A DNA stretch of 64,000 bases from Polymyxa betae A26-41 (GCA_003693705.1 RBZT01000727.1:1-64000), one strand, 5' to 3'; counted from the first letter of the stretch, positions 50,530 to 62,933 are shown. The notes: generated by a model not told the origin, from the sequence alone. Numbers and translations are program-made.

Positions 50530-51679
50530 GAGTTTCATAACTGCGTCGACTGCGACATCTGCCAGTGGCAAAATAAACAGTAGTTAGTTACTTATGGGTC
50601 CGAAACATTGGCAACAGATTGTTTGTTCGATAGTGCCATGTCATAAAAAAAGGACGAAATATGAAGTGCTGTGGAGTCACAAGAGCTGGGATCTCAGCGC
50701 CCAGTTAACAACAACGTCCCATCCACTCTTGGGAGGATCCGCGGAGTCTCAGCGAGAGGTCCCGCATGGTAGTCGTACTCATTAGTCATTACTGAATTTC
50801 ACCAGAAGAAAGTCAAATCTGATCCTCTCCATACCTATAGGGAGTTCTATCACAGAAGAGTGTATTGGAATTTGGTGATTTTTTGTTTCATAGTTTCCTC
50901 ATTTGGAGAAATTCAATCACGAAGAGTTCGGTGACCTTGTTGATAGACATTGACGTTGCGCGCTGTCGGCTTATGGTTGCCGCGATGTTACCCTTTAAGA
51001 TGGTCCGTCAATCAATCGGGTACAGAACAAGGATTAACATACGATCCAGAGACGCTTGGTGAAAGATAATCTATAATTTCCTTTCTAATTCATAATCACC
51101 CCCAACAATTATCCAAATGTCACCAAAAATTCTCAAATTCTTAGATCACTTAAAACACGATAAAAATCGATTTTGAATTTCTCACCCAGCCAAAGAGAAT
51201 GTGCAAATTCTTTGCTTGTTCCGCTCATCTTGAATTAGTTGACTGCCCTTGATAAGCCACCAAAGCCACCCAGACCTTCGATAAATCCTGGAAGCGGCCG
51301 CAGGCCGTCTCTTTCCTTAGGTTACTTTCATCTTGAATTGATTGATTGTCCTTGTTAAGCCCACCAGGAAGTTGATGGGGTCTTGAAGTTGGCAACAGGC
51401 CGCATTCTAATCACCTCCAGATCCACTCAGAGTTCACCGAATCCACACTAGCAGCCGCTAACCAAAACTAGTAAATTACAAGTACCTAGACCTTAACCCA
51501 GAAGCCACAGCTCTTGAAACCATCGCCTAAACATCGCCAGACCCCAATACCAGCATAGCATGGATCGCATCACCTCAATCAAAAGAGTAGAGAGAGATTG
51601 TATATAATAAACGATTAAATAGGGAATGTGGCGACAAAATAAAGATTGTGACATGAAGTTTCCGAATGTACATGGTAGG

Positions 51680-52945
51680 TCATATTTGTATTTGTTCCGA
51701 AGTAATGATGGTCTCAGACACCACGCTGCCAACCTCGGGACGAACAGGACGGTCGGAATCTTCATTGATGGACGGAAAGTAATGCAGAGCAAGATCATTG
51801 AAGGCCCCAACACAGACTTCCTCTTGGTCAGATCCACCATTACATACGTCCTCTTTCAGATCGTCTCGCAAGGCTCGAATAAACGCGCTATCATCGCTGG
51901 GTACCATCTCTTCACAATAACGAGACTAAAACAATGTTAATAGCTTGCAAATTGATGCGAAAGCTTCAAACTTCGTTGCAAATAAACGGTACAATAGGAT
52001 TAATATCCAACAAATAAAGCCAAAAATTTGAATCGTTCTCCATTAGAAGGTTCACGCGACAATAAGAATCCTGTCGGCACGTACCAGCGAATTCCCAAGA
52101 ATGCAGACATTCTCTAATGTTTCCCAATTAGCGTCCAGCAGATTGCTATAAAGAGTAGTTCAGATCACAGCATATTCGACCGATCCAGGAGAAAACAATA
52201 CTTATAGAGCGCACGACCACAATGAGGCATATAGAACAAGGTCGGGTGTGTTACTCGACGTCGTCCTTCCTCATTTTTCATGATATCACTGAGGCCGACT
52301 TGAGCGAGATAGGCCCGTTCATTGACGTCTAATTGAGGATCGTATATCCAGATCGGCGTCCGTATTCGGCCCTTCCAAGATCGTAACAGGAGTATTAGCA
52401 AGGCGAGCTGATAGCGAGCACAACGACTGCCACCAAACCTGCACGAAGGTTAGATCCTGTAAAAATCGATTGAATATTAAAAATCTTGTGACGCCTTCAA
52501 TGGAAACGAGAAATTTGAAACCAACAGTTCGAAGGACAATTTGGAGGAGAATAAAAAAGAGAGAAAAGTTGAAGCGAATTAGTGAAAAGCTCATGACAAA
52601 ACAAAGAAAAAAACTGTGAATACAAAGGACTAGATTGCGCGAGATAAACCACTACCAAGATAAAAGATCTGCAAATCACCTTCCAATTCCGTAGCAGACA
52701 ATATCGATCTCGCGATGGGCGCGTATGAATGGATGCGAATCGATCCAATCACAGAAGGTCGAAAAGAACTGAGTGGCCGATAGATGGGTTCGCGCTTGCA
52801 GAGCGCTGCGCTGAATATAATCGAGCGGATACGCTACAGCGTCTTCGGAGACGGGCTCTGGAGCCTTTTTGGCTCTGGGAGGACGACGCCGACGATGATT
52901 GCCTTTGCGGACGACGACATGCCAGGTCGCCTCAACCAGAGCCAT
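51680..52945 (-). CDS. SRR1: SRR1-domain protein (SRRD-like), multi-exon
   Basis: DIVCYGIG; IYDP; NEEGRR..PTLFYMPHC..LY; NLLDANW..ILGNS; AFNDLALHYF. Confidence 0.85.
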
Positions 52946-54765
52946 TTTGGAGGGATCGGGTCACGGCAACCCATATTAATCCGGCGCTTTTTCGAAAGAA
53001 AAAAAATGTAACAAAATATGCGTAACATTTTTTATGGGTTTTCGAGGAATGCGTAAAAACTCATGCGAAATTCATATGGAAACATCTTGTTTTTGCAGCG
53101 TCAGTAATCAGTATCGATTCATCGTCGTTTGACATCAATGGCGTTTCGTTGCAGCTGGCAAGTGGCAACTTTCGTGATTTTGACCGGCAGTAAGTGCGGG
53201 AAGATTTCCAGCTGCCTTGAACGCGGATCACAAAGCCGCGGCAGGTTGCGCTCCCGGCATGGCCCAGCTCCGATCCAGAAAAACACATTGCATGCAGAAA
53301 CTGTATAAACGATTCTCTCGTGCCGACTGAACATTTTCGAAGCATCACGATAATGGGTCTACTGCCAGCTCTGAAAACAGATTTTGAGCTCCTGAGAATC
53401 GTTGAAATGATAAGCCATCTTACGTCAGGCGTTGTGCGCCTATTGGTATCAATAACCTAGTCGAATCCAGTCCATTGTTTAAGCTGTAAGTGAGAGCAAA
53501 GTTTGCCCTGACTATCTGCGTTACCCTGCTGGATATAATTCCGAGCCTACTATGAAGATGTATCGATACTTTCAAAGATCTCACTTAAACGGACATTCTT
53601 TTGAAATATACCGAGACGTTGTTTCATGCATAGCTGGCGTTTAACAAGAGTGTTGGATACTAATACAGCTCATTTTTTATTCATCGCTACAAGCAATATT
53701 TGTAATCTGCTAATTGTACCCTGAGCTTATGAATGCTGCATATTCGTTCGATATAAGTTCCAGAATTGTTCTTTAATCTCCGGGTATCCTGCTGGACCTG
53801 CAAGTCGCGTCCGTTCTAATCAACGCGGTTACACCTAATCGTGTCGGAAAGCCAGAAAAATGGTCTAGACGATTCCATCCCATTCTGTTGCTTGATCCAC
53901 ATCATCTCCCACTCACAATGCAGCTGAAAACCCATGATCGCATAAGCGTTTATGATTGGCATCAAACAGTCAAAGCATCAAAGAAGCTGCTTTTGAATCT
54001 ATACTCAAGGAGTTGACTGATTGCTAGGATTTATATGGACAATGTGTCAGAATCAGAGCTCAAACATTTGAGTTTGTAACTCTCACTTTACATCCAAACT
54101 GCATAATAATCATAACTGCCCTAATTACAGCAACAGGTCATGGTCGTTAACCAAAACAGTACAGTACAATTTCAATTTAAAAACCCGTGTTGCTGGATTA
54201 TGAGGTAGCTCAGACAGCGATATAGGAGTATCTTATGTCATGCAATACAAATGATTAACATGAACTAGCGGATGAGCATTTGAAACAGCGAATCAAAGAA
54301 GAAAGCTCTTCTGGCTTGTCTACTAGTTAGCTCGAGGGTGCAGAGGGTAGACTAGGGTAGGGTTTCAATTGGAGTTCCAGAAATCCTGGCGAGTATTTTC
54401 TCTATAATAACCATTTAGGATAACAAAAAATGTGAGATCCCAAAAAGCACGCTTTTGTAGAAGTTTTCTGGAAAATCGGCAGTGTCAATTCCTGTTTTTG
54501 ACCAAGGCAGGATCCGATCGATAAGGAACTCGGCCATTCTATGCTATCACCCATCCTGCAATTGCACGATAATCCTCTAGGTATGGTTAAATTGGAAATT
54601 GACGAAACGAGTAGTAGCTTCAAAAAGCAACAAGATGTGTTTACAATAGGTAAGAAATGGCGGCCAAAAGGCTGAAGGTGATTTCCGGTCTGGCTCGACA
54701 CTAAGCGCAGGATACTACTGAAAGAGTTCGCAATTATCATGAGTCAAAACAGACGACAAGTAAGT

Positions 54766-55587
54766 TTATTGGATTCGTCGTCGGACAGATCGCGTATGGT
54801 AAAGGCGCTTTCTGAGATTGAGGAATTCCTGGACATCAAACCGGAGGAAATCAATGAGTTCAGGATCCAGTTCACTTATAGGCACAGGGTCGATGAGTTC
54901 CTGGAGCCTCAGACACATATGTAACATAAAATCGTAGTCATCAAGACGCGCATGTAACCGTCCAGGGTAGTCCAGGAGGCCACGCTCATTGCGGATCAGA
55001 TTCTGTGGGACCCGCATCTCGTCCAGGTCCTGTACGACATCGGACTCGTCGACGTCCGGGCATGTCTGGAACGAGTCGGTGTCGGATGCCGGATACGAAT
55101 CTGTAACGTAATTGTCAGAGGAATTCGCGCATGGCAAAAAAGTGTCACGTAACGAGGATAGCGTTCATTGCTGGAAACGGTGTCGCTGGGCTCGCCGTCG
55201 TCACCCTGCAGAGTAACGTTAATAATGGTATCGAATGCGGAGTGGGATATCCACGTTACCAGGTGTAGAATCAGAGGACAATTATCAGTAATGGCGCTCT
55301 TTTCAGAAGATGTGATGGAGCTTAGGGGCGTATCCTGCACATGAAACGTTAGTCCCGGAGGTAACTGTAAACGTGACGCATGACGTTACAAGTTGGCGGA
55401 TCAGATCTTGGGTGTGAGGTGGATTCGGAAGTGATTCGATAGTGATGACTCGATCTTGTAATGTTACCGCAGAGAAACTCGGCTGAACGAGTCGGACTTG
55501 ATCATAGACAGAGCGCGGCCTCTTGACACTTGTTGCAGCCTCCGTGCAGGTAGCGATCGCAAGCGACAAGATCCAGGTCCAGTACAT
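54766..55587 (-). CDS. Secreted candidate effector, short paralogue (~219 aa, 4 exons)
   Basis: Exons 55587-55390, 55334-55260, 55205-55154, 55100-54766 splice in frame. Signal peptide MYWTWILSLAIATCTEA, KRPR, exon 2 ends LILHL, C-terminal LLDYPGRL domain. Confidence 0.75.
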
Positions 55588-55855
55588 GGTTTGAGTGAAA
55601 GTGGTCGACTCAGAGAATGAAGGACGTGACGGACGGAGTGACGAATCACCGCCCTTCGGACATTGAAAAAGGGATCTCTTGACCTGAGACCAATCGATCG
55701 CCCAACTGTAAAGGGATCTCTTGACCTGAGACTAATCATTGGCCGACTGTAAAGGGATCTCCGGACAAGAAACCAATCCGTGAGATTGATGTCTTTGACC
55801 TGGGCGGACTCGGGTCAATCTCTCGCTCCCATTTCCCAAATTCGCCTCCGTCGTC
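55588..55855. promoter_or_regulatory. Putative bidirectional promoter with repeated (ctgt)aaagggatctc(ttgacctgagac) elements
   Basis: 268-bp spacer between divergent ATGs; two full and one partial copy at about 55668, 55709 and 55747. Confidence 0.55.
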
Positions 55856-58447
55856 ATGTCGTCTCTGATCGCGTTTCTGGCTGTCACAGCTCCGCTGTAC
55901 GGAGAGGCCGCCGGCGTGTTCCGTCGCAAGAGACCGCACCCTGACGATCCCTCCGAACTCGAACATAACCAGCGACTACGTCTTGTGCCGAATCTGGATC
56001 TCACGTTACCCTCTCTAGATTTTACGCTACCGAATCTGGATATCACACTGGATTTTGGCGTCCAAACTCTGTCTCTCAATTTGGTAACATTATCACTGAC
56101 GAGATTGTACATTGGTAACGTTGCTCTACAGGCCAATAACAACGTTGGCCCGAATGATCGTCCCGTTCATCCTGATCTGCGTCTCAGACTGGTAATGATT
56201 GTAGCATTAACGAATGCGAATTCGACTAACGTCTGCTGTTTCGTTACAAAATCTTGACTACAATCCGGGGACAAACAACCGACATGCGACATCTACAAGC
56301 TATAGACTGGTAACGTCAATTTTTATTGGTAACATGTATGCTGAGGCTTACCTGTGCAGACTGATCTTCGTGACTTCATGGATACGGATCCTCCTCTCCA
56401 AATTCTCGACTCCAGTCAACATCTGGTAACATCAATAATGCAATTGTCTGGATCGGATTGGTAACATAACCTGCAGTCGGCGGAGAGATCCTCGGATGAG
56501 ATTACTGTCAGCTCATTCGAACATGATCTCAACTCTGCATATGATGATACTATCGACTTCTCAGCATTTACGCATTCAGAGCATCTTGATGATCCCTCTC
56601 TCACATTAGATCTGGTAATCCCATCAGTTGTATCTCTAATCTGTCTGTAACATTATCATGTTAGGGGAATTCAGCTCGAATCCACCGGAACGATGCTGCC
56701 GCTGTCAACGATCCGGATTTCCTCTCACTCAGACAAACGCCTATTAACAAAGGCCTGACACCAAGCAATGATTTCCGCCAATTCTGGTCCGGCTCTGAGC
56801 GTGGCCACCTCACCCAACTGGTAATCTCCCGTTTACGTTACGCCTGACATCATTGCGGACTGTTATTTCGTTACAGAAGGCGACCGAATCTCCTATCAAA
56901 TTGAATCCTGTGCAACCCGATTCTGACCTCCAGTATCTGGATTTGTCACTGGTATCATCGCAGCATTACGTTTCACATTTAGGGTTTGTAACATTATCAT
57001 TAGGGTTGTGATGCGACAGTGGCTGGTCCATCAAATGCGGTGCAGTCCGATTCTGCCGTTCAGAATGCGGATTTGTCACTGGTACCGCAACGTTATGTTT
57101 CACTGACGTCTGTAACATTGTCACTAGGGTCTTGGCTCGACAGTGGCTGGCCCATCGAATGCGGGCCGACCTGATTCTGACAGTTCCACTCTGGATTTGT
57201 CACTGGTAGAGTCTCATCACGTTACAAGTTTGCGTCTGTAACGTTATTTGGCAGGGTCAGCATGTTACTGAGGCCGACGATCACTCTGCCCCATCACTTC
57301 CGGTGCAACTAGCGTCTGACAGTCACAATCTGGATCTGACACTGGTAACCTGACAATGCTACGTTTCACAGCTGGGTCTGTAACCCTTTTTCTATTGTCA
57401 GGATCAATCAGTTACTTGCGATAAATCGCACGCTGATGTAACAGACGATCTCCAATTGAACATTCGCCAGCCATCCCCGACTCATTCTAACAACAATCCG
57501 AACTTGTCGGATCAGATTGTTGGACTGGTAAGGTTAACCTGCCTAAACATTCACATTTGCTGTAACATGAATCACTACAGAGCCCTAACAACGATAACGT
57601 CCAACCTGTCGCTGCCCACAACCTGGATCTATCCTTATCCCTGGTAACGTAATATGATTTATTTCCAGTACCATCTGTAACATATATATAGGACAACTCC
57701 GTGGACCAGCTAGCTGATCCCGTTGCTGAACCTGCCGAGATTGTTCTCCGTCCTACCGACGTTACCAATGGCCGCACGCAGTCGTTATCGATCTACGCGG
57801 ACTTGTCAGGGTTCATTGCTGATACGGACATACTGGAGTATCTCCGTGAGCGGGTCCCCAGTGTAACGACACCTCCCGTCATATGCGAATTCATCGGCCA
57901 GCAAGTCGACCTGTCCGAGATCAACTACCTCGCACACGTTACCACTACGTTCGATCAGCTCCTCTGTATCGTTAGCATGGAGCAAAAGGTGGCCCGATTT
58001 GGCAAGCAGGCTCATAGTCTCCTGCCGATTGAGCTCCAGCCAATGTGGCGCAACCTCATCATTCCCGTCACGGACTGTTTCTCGCATCATCCCAACGAAG
58101 ATCTCGATCAGTTCTCTCAGGTGTTCGGAAATCCATTCCGTAACAATCCCTTCATCTGTCCGCATAATCAGTCGCCACCGCAGCCGCTCATGACCCTTCA
58201 GCTGTTGCCCGAACCCGCTCCCTCCCTCCAGCTGTTGCCTGACGCCGCCCCGGACATGGAAGACTTCCTGATCCCGTTGCATCTCGTCTATGACCATGAC
58301 CAGCTCCTGGACTACCCCGGACGGCTGTTCCGAATGGATGACAAGACCCGCACACAACGACTCCGAGAGACGGCTCATTTCCTGACCAGAAATATCCCTG
58401 ATGAGTTCCTTGCCATGAAATTCCGCGAATTTCTCAATCAGGAATGA
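55856..58447 (+). CDS. Secreted candidate effector with an array of EAR-type (LxLxL) motifs encoded by phase-0 micro-exons (~637 aa, 12 exons)
   Basis: Exons 55856-56083, 56132-56191, 56360-56425, 56477-56614, 56665-56820, 56877-56951, 57004-57081, 57128-57205, 57255-57344, 57402-57527, 57581-57643, 57692-58447. All lengths are multiples of 3, all introns GT-AG, no stops. Signal peptide, RRKRP NLS-like motif, LLDYPGRL domain. Confidence 0.85.
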
Positions 58448-59758
58448 TGCCTCATTTTGTACTCGTCTAACTGATAATCATTCACCAATTCATTAAAAAT
58501 CATCAAATACACATTTTGGGCCAGCACTACCAAAGTGGAGGCTCTTACGGACATGCAGGCCTGCGAGAGCCTTTGTGTATATTGTCTCTTACTTTATTGC
58601 AGCCCAGTTCTGTCTGCTTTAGATTACATGGTAACGTGGATCACGGCCCGGCAGCCCATCTCCACCCCACGACACCATCTCTGGGCTCCAGCATAATACT
58701 CTTGCGATGGAGATGGCAGGGCTTAACACGAGTGTGCTATGTATCATTAAAGCTGTTTGTGTCAGTAACGTGATCAACAGATGGCCGACTGCAATCTGAC
58801 CTGCAGCGTTAATAAAGCGTTACCCACTGACGCAAATACCTTAATAGCTTGGTCAGTTGTTAGTTAATTGTTGTCAGAAATGAGTACGACAATCATTGGC
58901 TGTAAGATAAACCTATCCAAAGTTATCCCAATCAACGATATTAGAGGGATATTTCCCAGATCCAGCTCTCCATCATATTAATGGAGTTCCGCCAATATCG
59001 TTACCATTTTATGATATTCCCAGAGTCTGCTCGATAATCAATAACAAATAGACGAGAGGTGTATCGATAAGCCATAAATTCCGCAATCTACAAATACACT
59101 ATTGACTATTCTACATGCCTGGGTAGATTATGTAATAGTCGAATCCCCTGTTCGGTTTTTATCAGCATGACAGTCCGTGTGTGCTTTATAGAATTTGAAA
59201 TCATGATTGGATGATGGACTATCTGTTCGGATCTGCGAAAGAATCGCCTTCATGTATCATGGCAATATGTCTGACGTGGACCGAGAGAGCAAATCAAACG
59301 GCGCGGCGGGGCCTCGGCGCCTGCGATTAACAGCCGAAAAATGTCTGTGTTATTATTGAGCTTCCTAGACGGACTATCACATTTTTGTTAGAAGAGAAAA
59401 CAGACGTACAACTTCAGGTCGTCTTCTGACTTTGCAAAATCAGGCTTTTCAGCGTCACCTTTGTTAAAAAATTACCTTTCATAATTCGGACATTGCTACA
59501 ATCAGGCTTTCGGGCCGTGGCACAGACTGCTGAACAATGCCGAAGTCGCAGCCGCTCACATACACAGAATCATAAGGTCAATCAGGAAGCTGTCGCGGTA
59601 CTTTATTGGTGTAGAGATAGAGAGACAGGTAGATCGACTCACAATCAGAATTTCTCCTGAAAACGTGAGCGAGATTAGTCACGGAGTCCGTGATCCATGG
59701 GATGGTAACCTTTCACGTTTCAGTATCGTTTCTGTGCCTTCTGGGCTCTCATTGACAT

Positions 59759-60604
59759 TTGATTCTCTCCATCCGTGATTTCACCGTCAGTTTCATGCAA
59801 GCACTGGCCCGTAACATACCCCGTCGCCCCAACCCGGGCCCCGCGTGTCGGGAGTACTGGCCCTCGACGCCCGGTCGATGGCGCCATTACATTCCCACAA
59901 TCGATCCTGTCTGGTCCTGCCTAAAAGTCGTCTGGCGGATGTTCGTCGTGTTCTTGATTTTATCATCCGGAGTTTGGATGTTCAAGGCCCTACGTTACCC
60001 CGAATGCTCCAGCTATCTGAGCCGATTAACGCCGAATACATCGCTGGTCCAGTACGATGCTACACGCCATGCCTGGAGCTGGAATGGGTACATGGATATC
60101 CGTGATTCGTCCGACGCCATTGTTGAAGAGTTTCATCCGGGGTTCTTCTCTTCGGAGATCCGCGGTTACGATCCCAATCATACCTGGGGTCCGATCGGTC
60201 ATATTCCAGCTGGTTGGAATACATTCACGTATCCGTTCTGGTACACGATCCAGTACGACCACCCGGACCTGGGCCCTGTCTCGATATCATCGGGTCGTTG
60301 GACTTCATTCATTACTGCCAATGCCATTGGTAATCGATATTCTATCAAATATCCCTCGTTATGGTCCACTCTCTTTCATACAAGTTGGTGGCCCATCTGG
60401 GGTGATCATACAGATTATCTTGGGGTTGTTATTGCAAGATTGACATGGTGGAATCGCAGCTATAAAGTCTGTTTTGTTAAGACTGGCAGCAAAACTTCAG
60501 ATGAAGTCCGTCGTGAGATTTTATTCGCATTCGTTGATGCGATCGATATCACTCGAAAGTTACTGAAATCACTGTCGAAATCCAAGAAGAAAGCAGGAGA
60601 CTAA
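59759..60604 (+). CDS. Membrane-anchored protein, possibly LURP-one/Tubby-C/scramblase-like
   Basis: TM near the N-terminus; beta-rich body (WSWNGYMDIRDSS; GVVIARLTWWNRSYKV) ending in a hydrophobic helix ILFAFVDAID. Start probably at the ATG of MQAL. Confidence 0.5.
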   Translation: MILSIRDFTVSFMQALARNIPRRPNPGPACREYWPSTPGRWRHYIPTIDPVWSCLKVVWRMFVVFLILSSGVWMFKALRYPECSSYLSRLTPNTSLVQYDATRHAWSWNGYMDIRDSSDAIVEEFHPGFFSSEIRGYDPNHTWGPIGHIPAGWNTFTYPFWYTIQYDHPDLGPVSISSGRWTSFITANAIGNRYSIKYPSLWSTLFHTSWWPIWGDHTDYLGVVIARLTWWNRSYKVCFVKTGSKTSDEVRREILFAFVDAIDITRKLLKSLSKSKKKAGD

Positions 60605-61433
60605 TTCACCTTCCAATTTCAAGTAGAAAACTCATCGGAAAGATCACTCAAGTTATCGCTGATGTGTAAAGTGTCGTTTCAATACATGAATCTCTATGTA
60701 TGGTACATAATTGCTGTATGTCGTTAAACTGTCCATAGACTGTTTCGGTTGGATCATCGTCACATTCTTGCAATAGGTCGCCCTAGGCTTTCGTTTTATT
60801 ACAAAGTTGTTACTGTCGTTTTTGGGCTTCTGTCTGACAATCGTCCAGTTTCTGCTCAGACATTTGATAACGTTCCCGTCCTCGTTTTGTATGAGGGCTT
60901 CCTGCTCTCTTGGACCCACAGAGAATCCGTGTTTTTTGGACAAGTCCGGCAGAATGCCCTTGAAGGAGCGACTTACATATGCGGTATTATAATTCCTCTG
61001 CTAGATACAATTGTGTAATGCCCAGACGCCTAAGAAACAACTAAAGGACCTTGTGCCTGGTATCCCTATCTCATTATTACCACTATGTGAGTATATAGAG
61101 GCAATTAGCCAATTACCCATCTTGCTCGAACAATCATATCTGCTGATATTCTGAAATCCATCGTCTATTTCATTGGATGGTTGAAGCTGTCGACTTATCG
61201 TGCGTTTCAACAAGTCTGGCGGCACTTCAACTCCTGGGCGGGCATGACCGTTTCGTCCGTAAACTCTTACAACTCTTATTATTAATGAAAAGTCAAAGCC
61301 ATTCAATTAAAAACTAAAAGAATTCTCATCTTTAACTGCAACCTTCTATTCACCAACGGATAGAAAAAATAACTGAAGAAAGTATGCTATTCTATGTTAT
61401 TCGCCAAACAAAGTGTGCTATTCTGTGTTTTTT

Positions 61434-62933
61434 TCATAAGTAATGCTTGCAGCCAGTCATTTGGTTGTTGATTGCAGACTTGAGCCCGAACGACGCAATC
61501 ATATGGAGACTATGTGTAAGTTTGCCAACGAAATCGTCCAGAGTTGATACCCTTTTAAATCGAGGGTCATTTAACTCGGAACTTGCTGCAATAAGGAAAC
61601 GGCGCACGTCGCCTTCCGAAGCCTTGCCAGATGCGCAACGCTTGAACTCTTTGTTCAGCGGCACAAGTTTCTCGGCAAGAGCGTCCTCCTGTTCGAACGA
61701 AACGCCTTTCTCATTGACGTTAGATAAGTTGAAGATCCAGACCGCGGCGGAGAACACGAGCGCGGACGGCACTGTGGTCTGGTTTGTTTGCTGGTAGCCC
61801 TCCCAGATCGGCTCAAAGAAGCGCTGAGCCACTTTCCTCGTCGAGGAGCGCCCGATTCGGTCAATGCAGTCCACGATGTGTCTGTTCGCAAACCTCTCAC
61901 GGGTCCGGCTCGCGTATACCGCGATGGTCTCCGGCGTGTCCGGGCAGTTCGGCGACCGACAAAGAATGTCGATGAAAGCATTGTGCGCTTCGGTCAGAAG
62001 GCGCAGGACTTAACGATCGTGCAGCGCTTCGTGAACGAACTCGTAGCCGAGTCGTTGGCCGCAGACGGCGATCACGTGATGGCCGCCGTTGACGAGATAA
62101 GCTTTGCGCTTCCAATAGTAGCCGCAGTCCGAAACGAGTTTCGCACCACATCGGGTCCAAGACGGGTTATGAAACCTCAACGTGCATGGCGCTATAACAA
62201 GGTCCTTGAAGCATTCGGTTCGAATGACGAGCTCGGTGCCCTGAAGCTGGCCCGAATCGATGTCGGCGTCGGAGCTTGGCACGATGCGGTCCACCATTGT
62301 GGTCAGAAACTGCACGTTGCCTCTCAGCCAACTTTCGGTGTCGGGATCCGATCGCCGGAGGAACGTCTGCATCGCTTCCTCGAACGTTTGTCCATTCCGC
62401 TCGCGGTTGTCTAACGACATAATTGTGAGAGGCGACCCAGTTCTCTGCTTTCGTAACGCGAGGCCCGCCGACAGGTACCCATAAACCGTCTTCGGGCTTG
62501 CAGGAGACCGGCTGAGATCGTGCTGAATGGCCTGATCATCCATATCAAGCTTGTCGTTATGGAGATAATACCCCTCGGTGGTGATCGTCAGGGTTACAAG
62601 CTTGATTTTGGGATCCGCCACCCAGCCCACAAGCGTCTTGAAATTCGTCGCGCCTGCGACGGTTTCCACAATCGGAGCCATGACCGATAAACGTTGATAG
62701 TCGCCTTCTTGCTCAGCCAAGACGTACACGCCGCTTTGCATGCTGAGATTGTGGACTATGTTGCAGGAACGAATGGACGAAGCCACGATTCCCCATGAAG
62801 GATCGGCAGCAAGAATGTCCTGGACATAAGAGCCGAGAAAGGCCAAAGCGAACTTGCCGGTCCCAATGTGAAGGATGCCGGGCTCGACAGCCTCAGGCGA
62901 ATATGACGGCAGACGTAGCTTCCAGGTATCCAT
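61434..62933 (-). pseudogene. Mannitol dehydrogenase family (long-chain, mannitol-2-DH/UxuB-like), intronless, one internal TAA
   Basis: One 1500-bp frame with a single stop at 62012-62010. Motifs GILHIGTGKF, TLTITTEGY, SLDN, MVDRIVP, KAYLVNGGH, RFAN. Confidence 0.85.

Noticed and set aside
57806-58378. 190-aa minus-strand ORF
   Set aside because: Antisense shadow of the effector's last exon.
61788-62414. 208-aa plus-strand ORF
   Set aside because: Antisense shadow of the GC-rich mannitol dehydrogenase frame.
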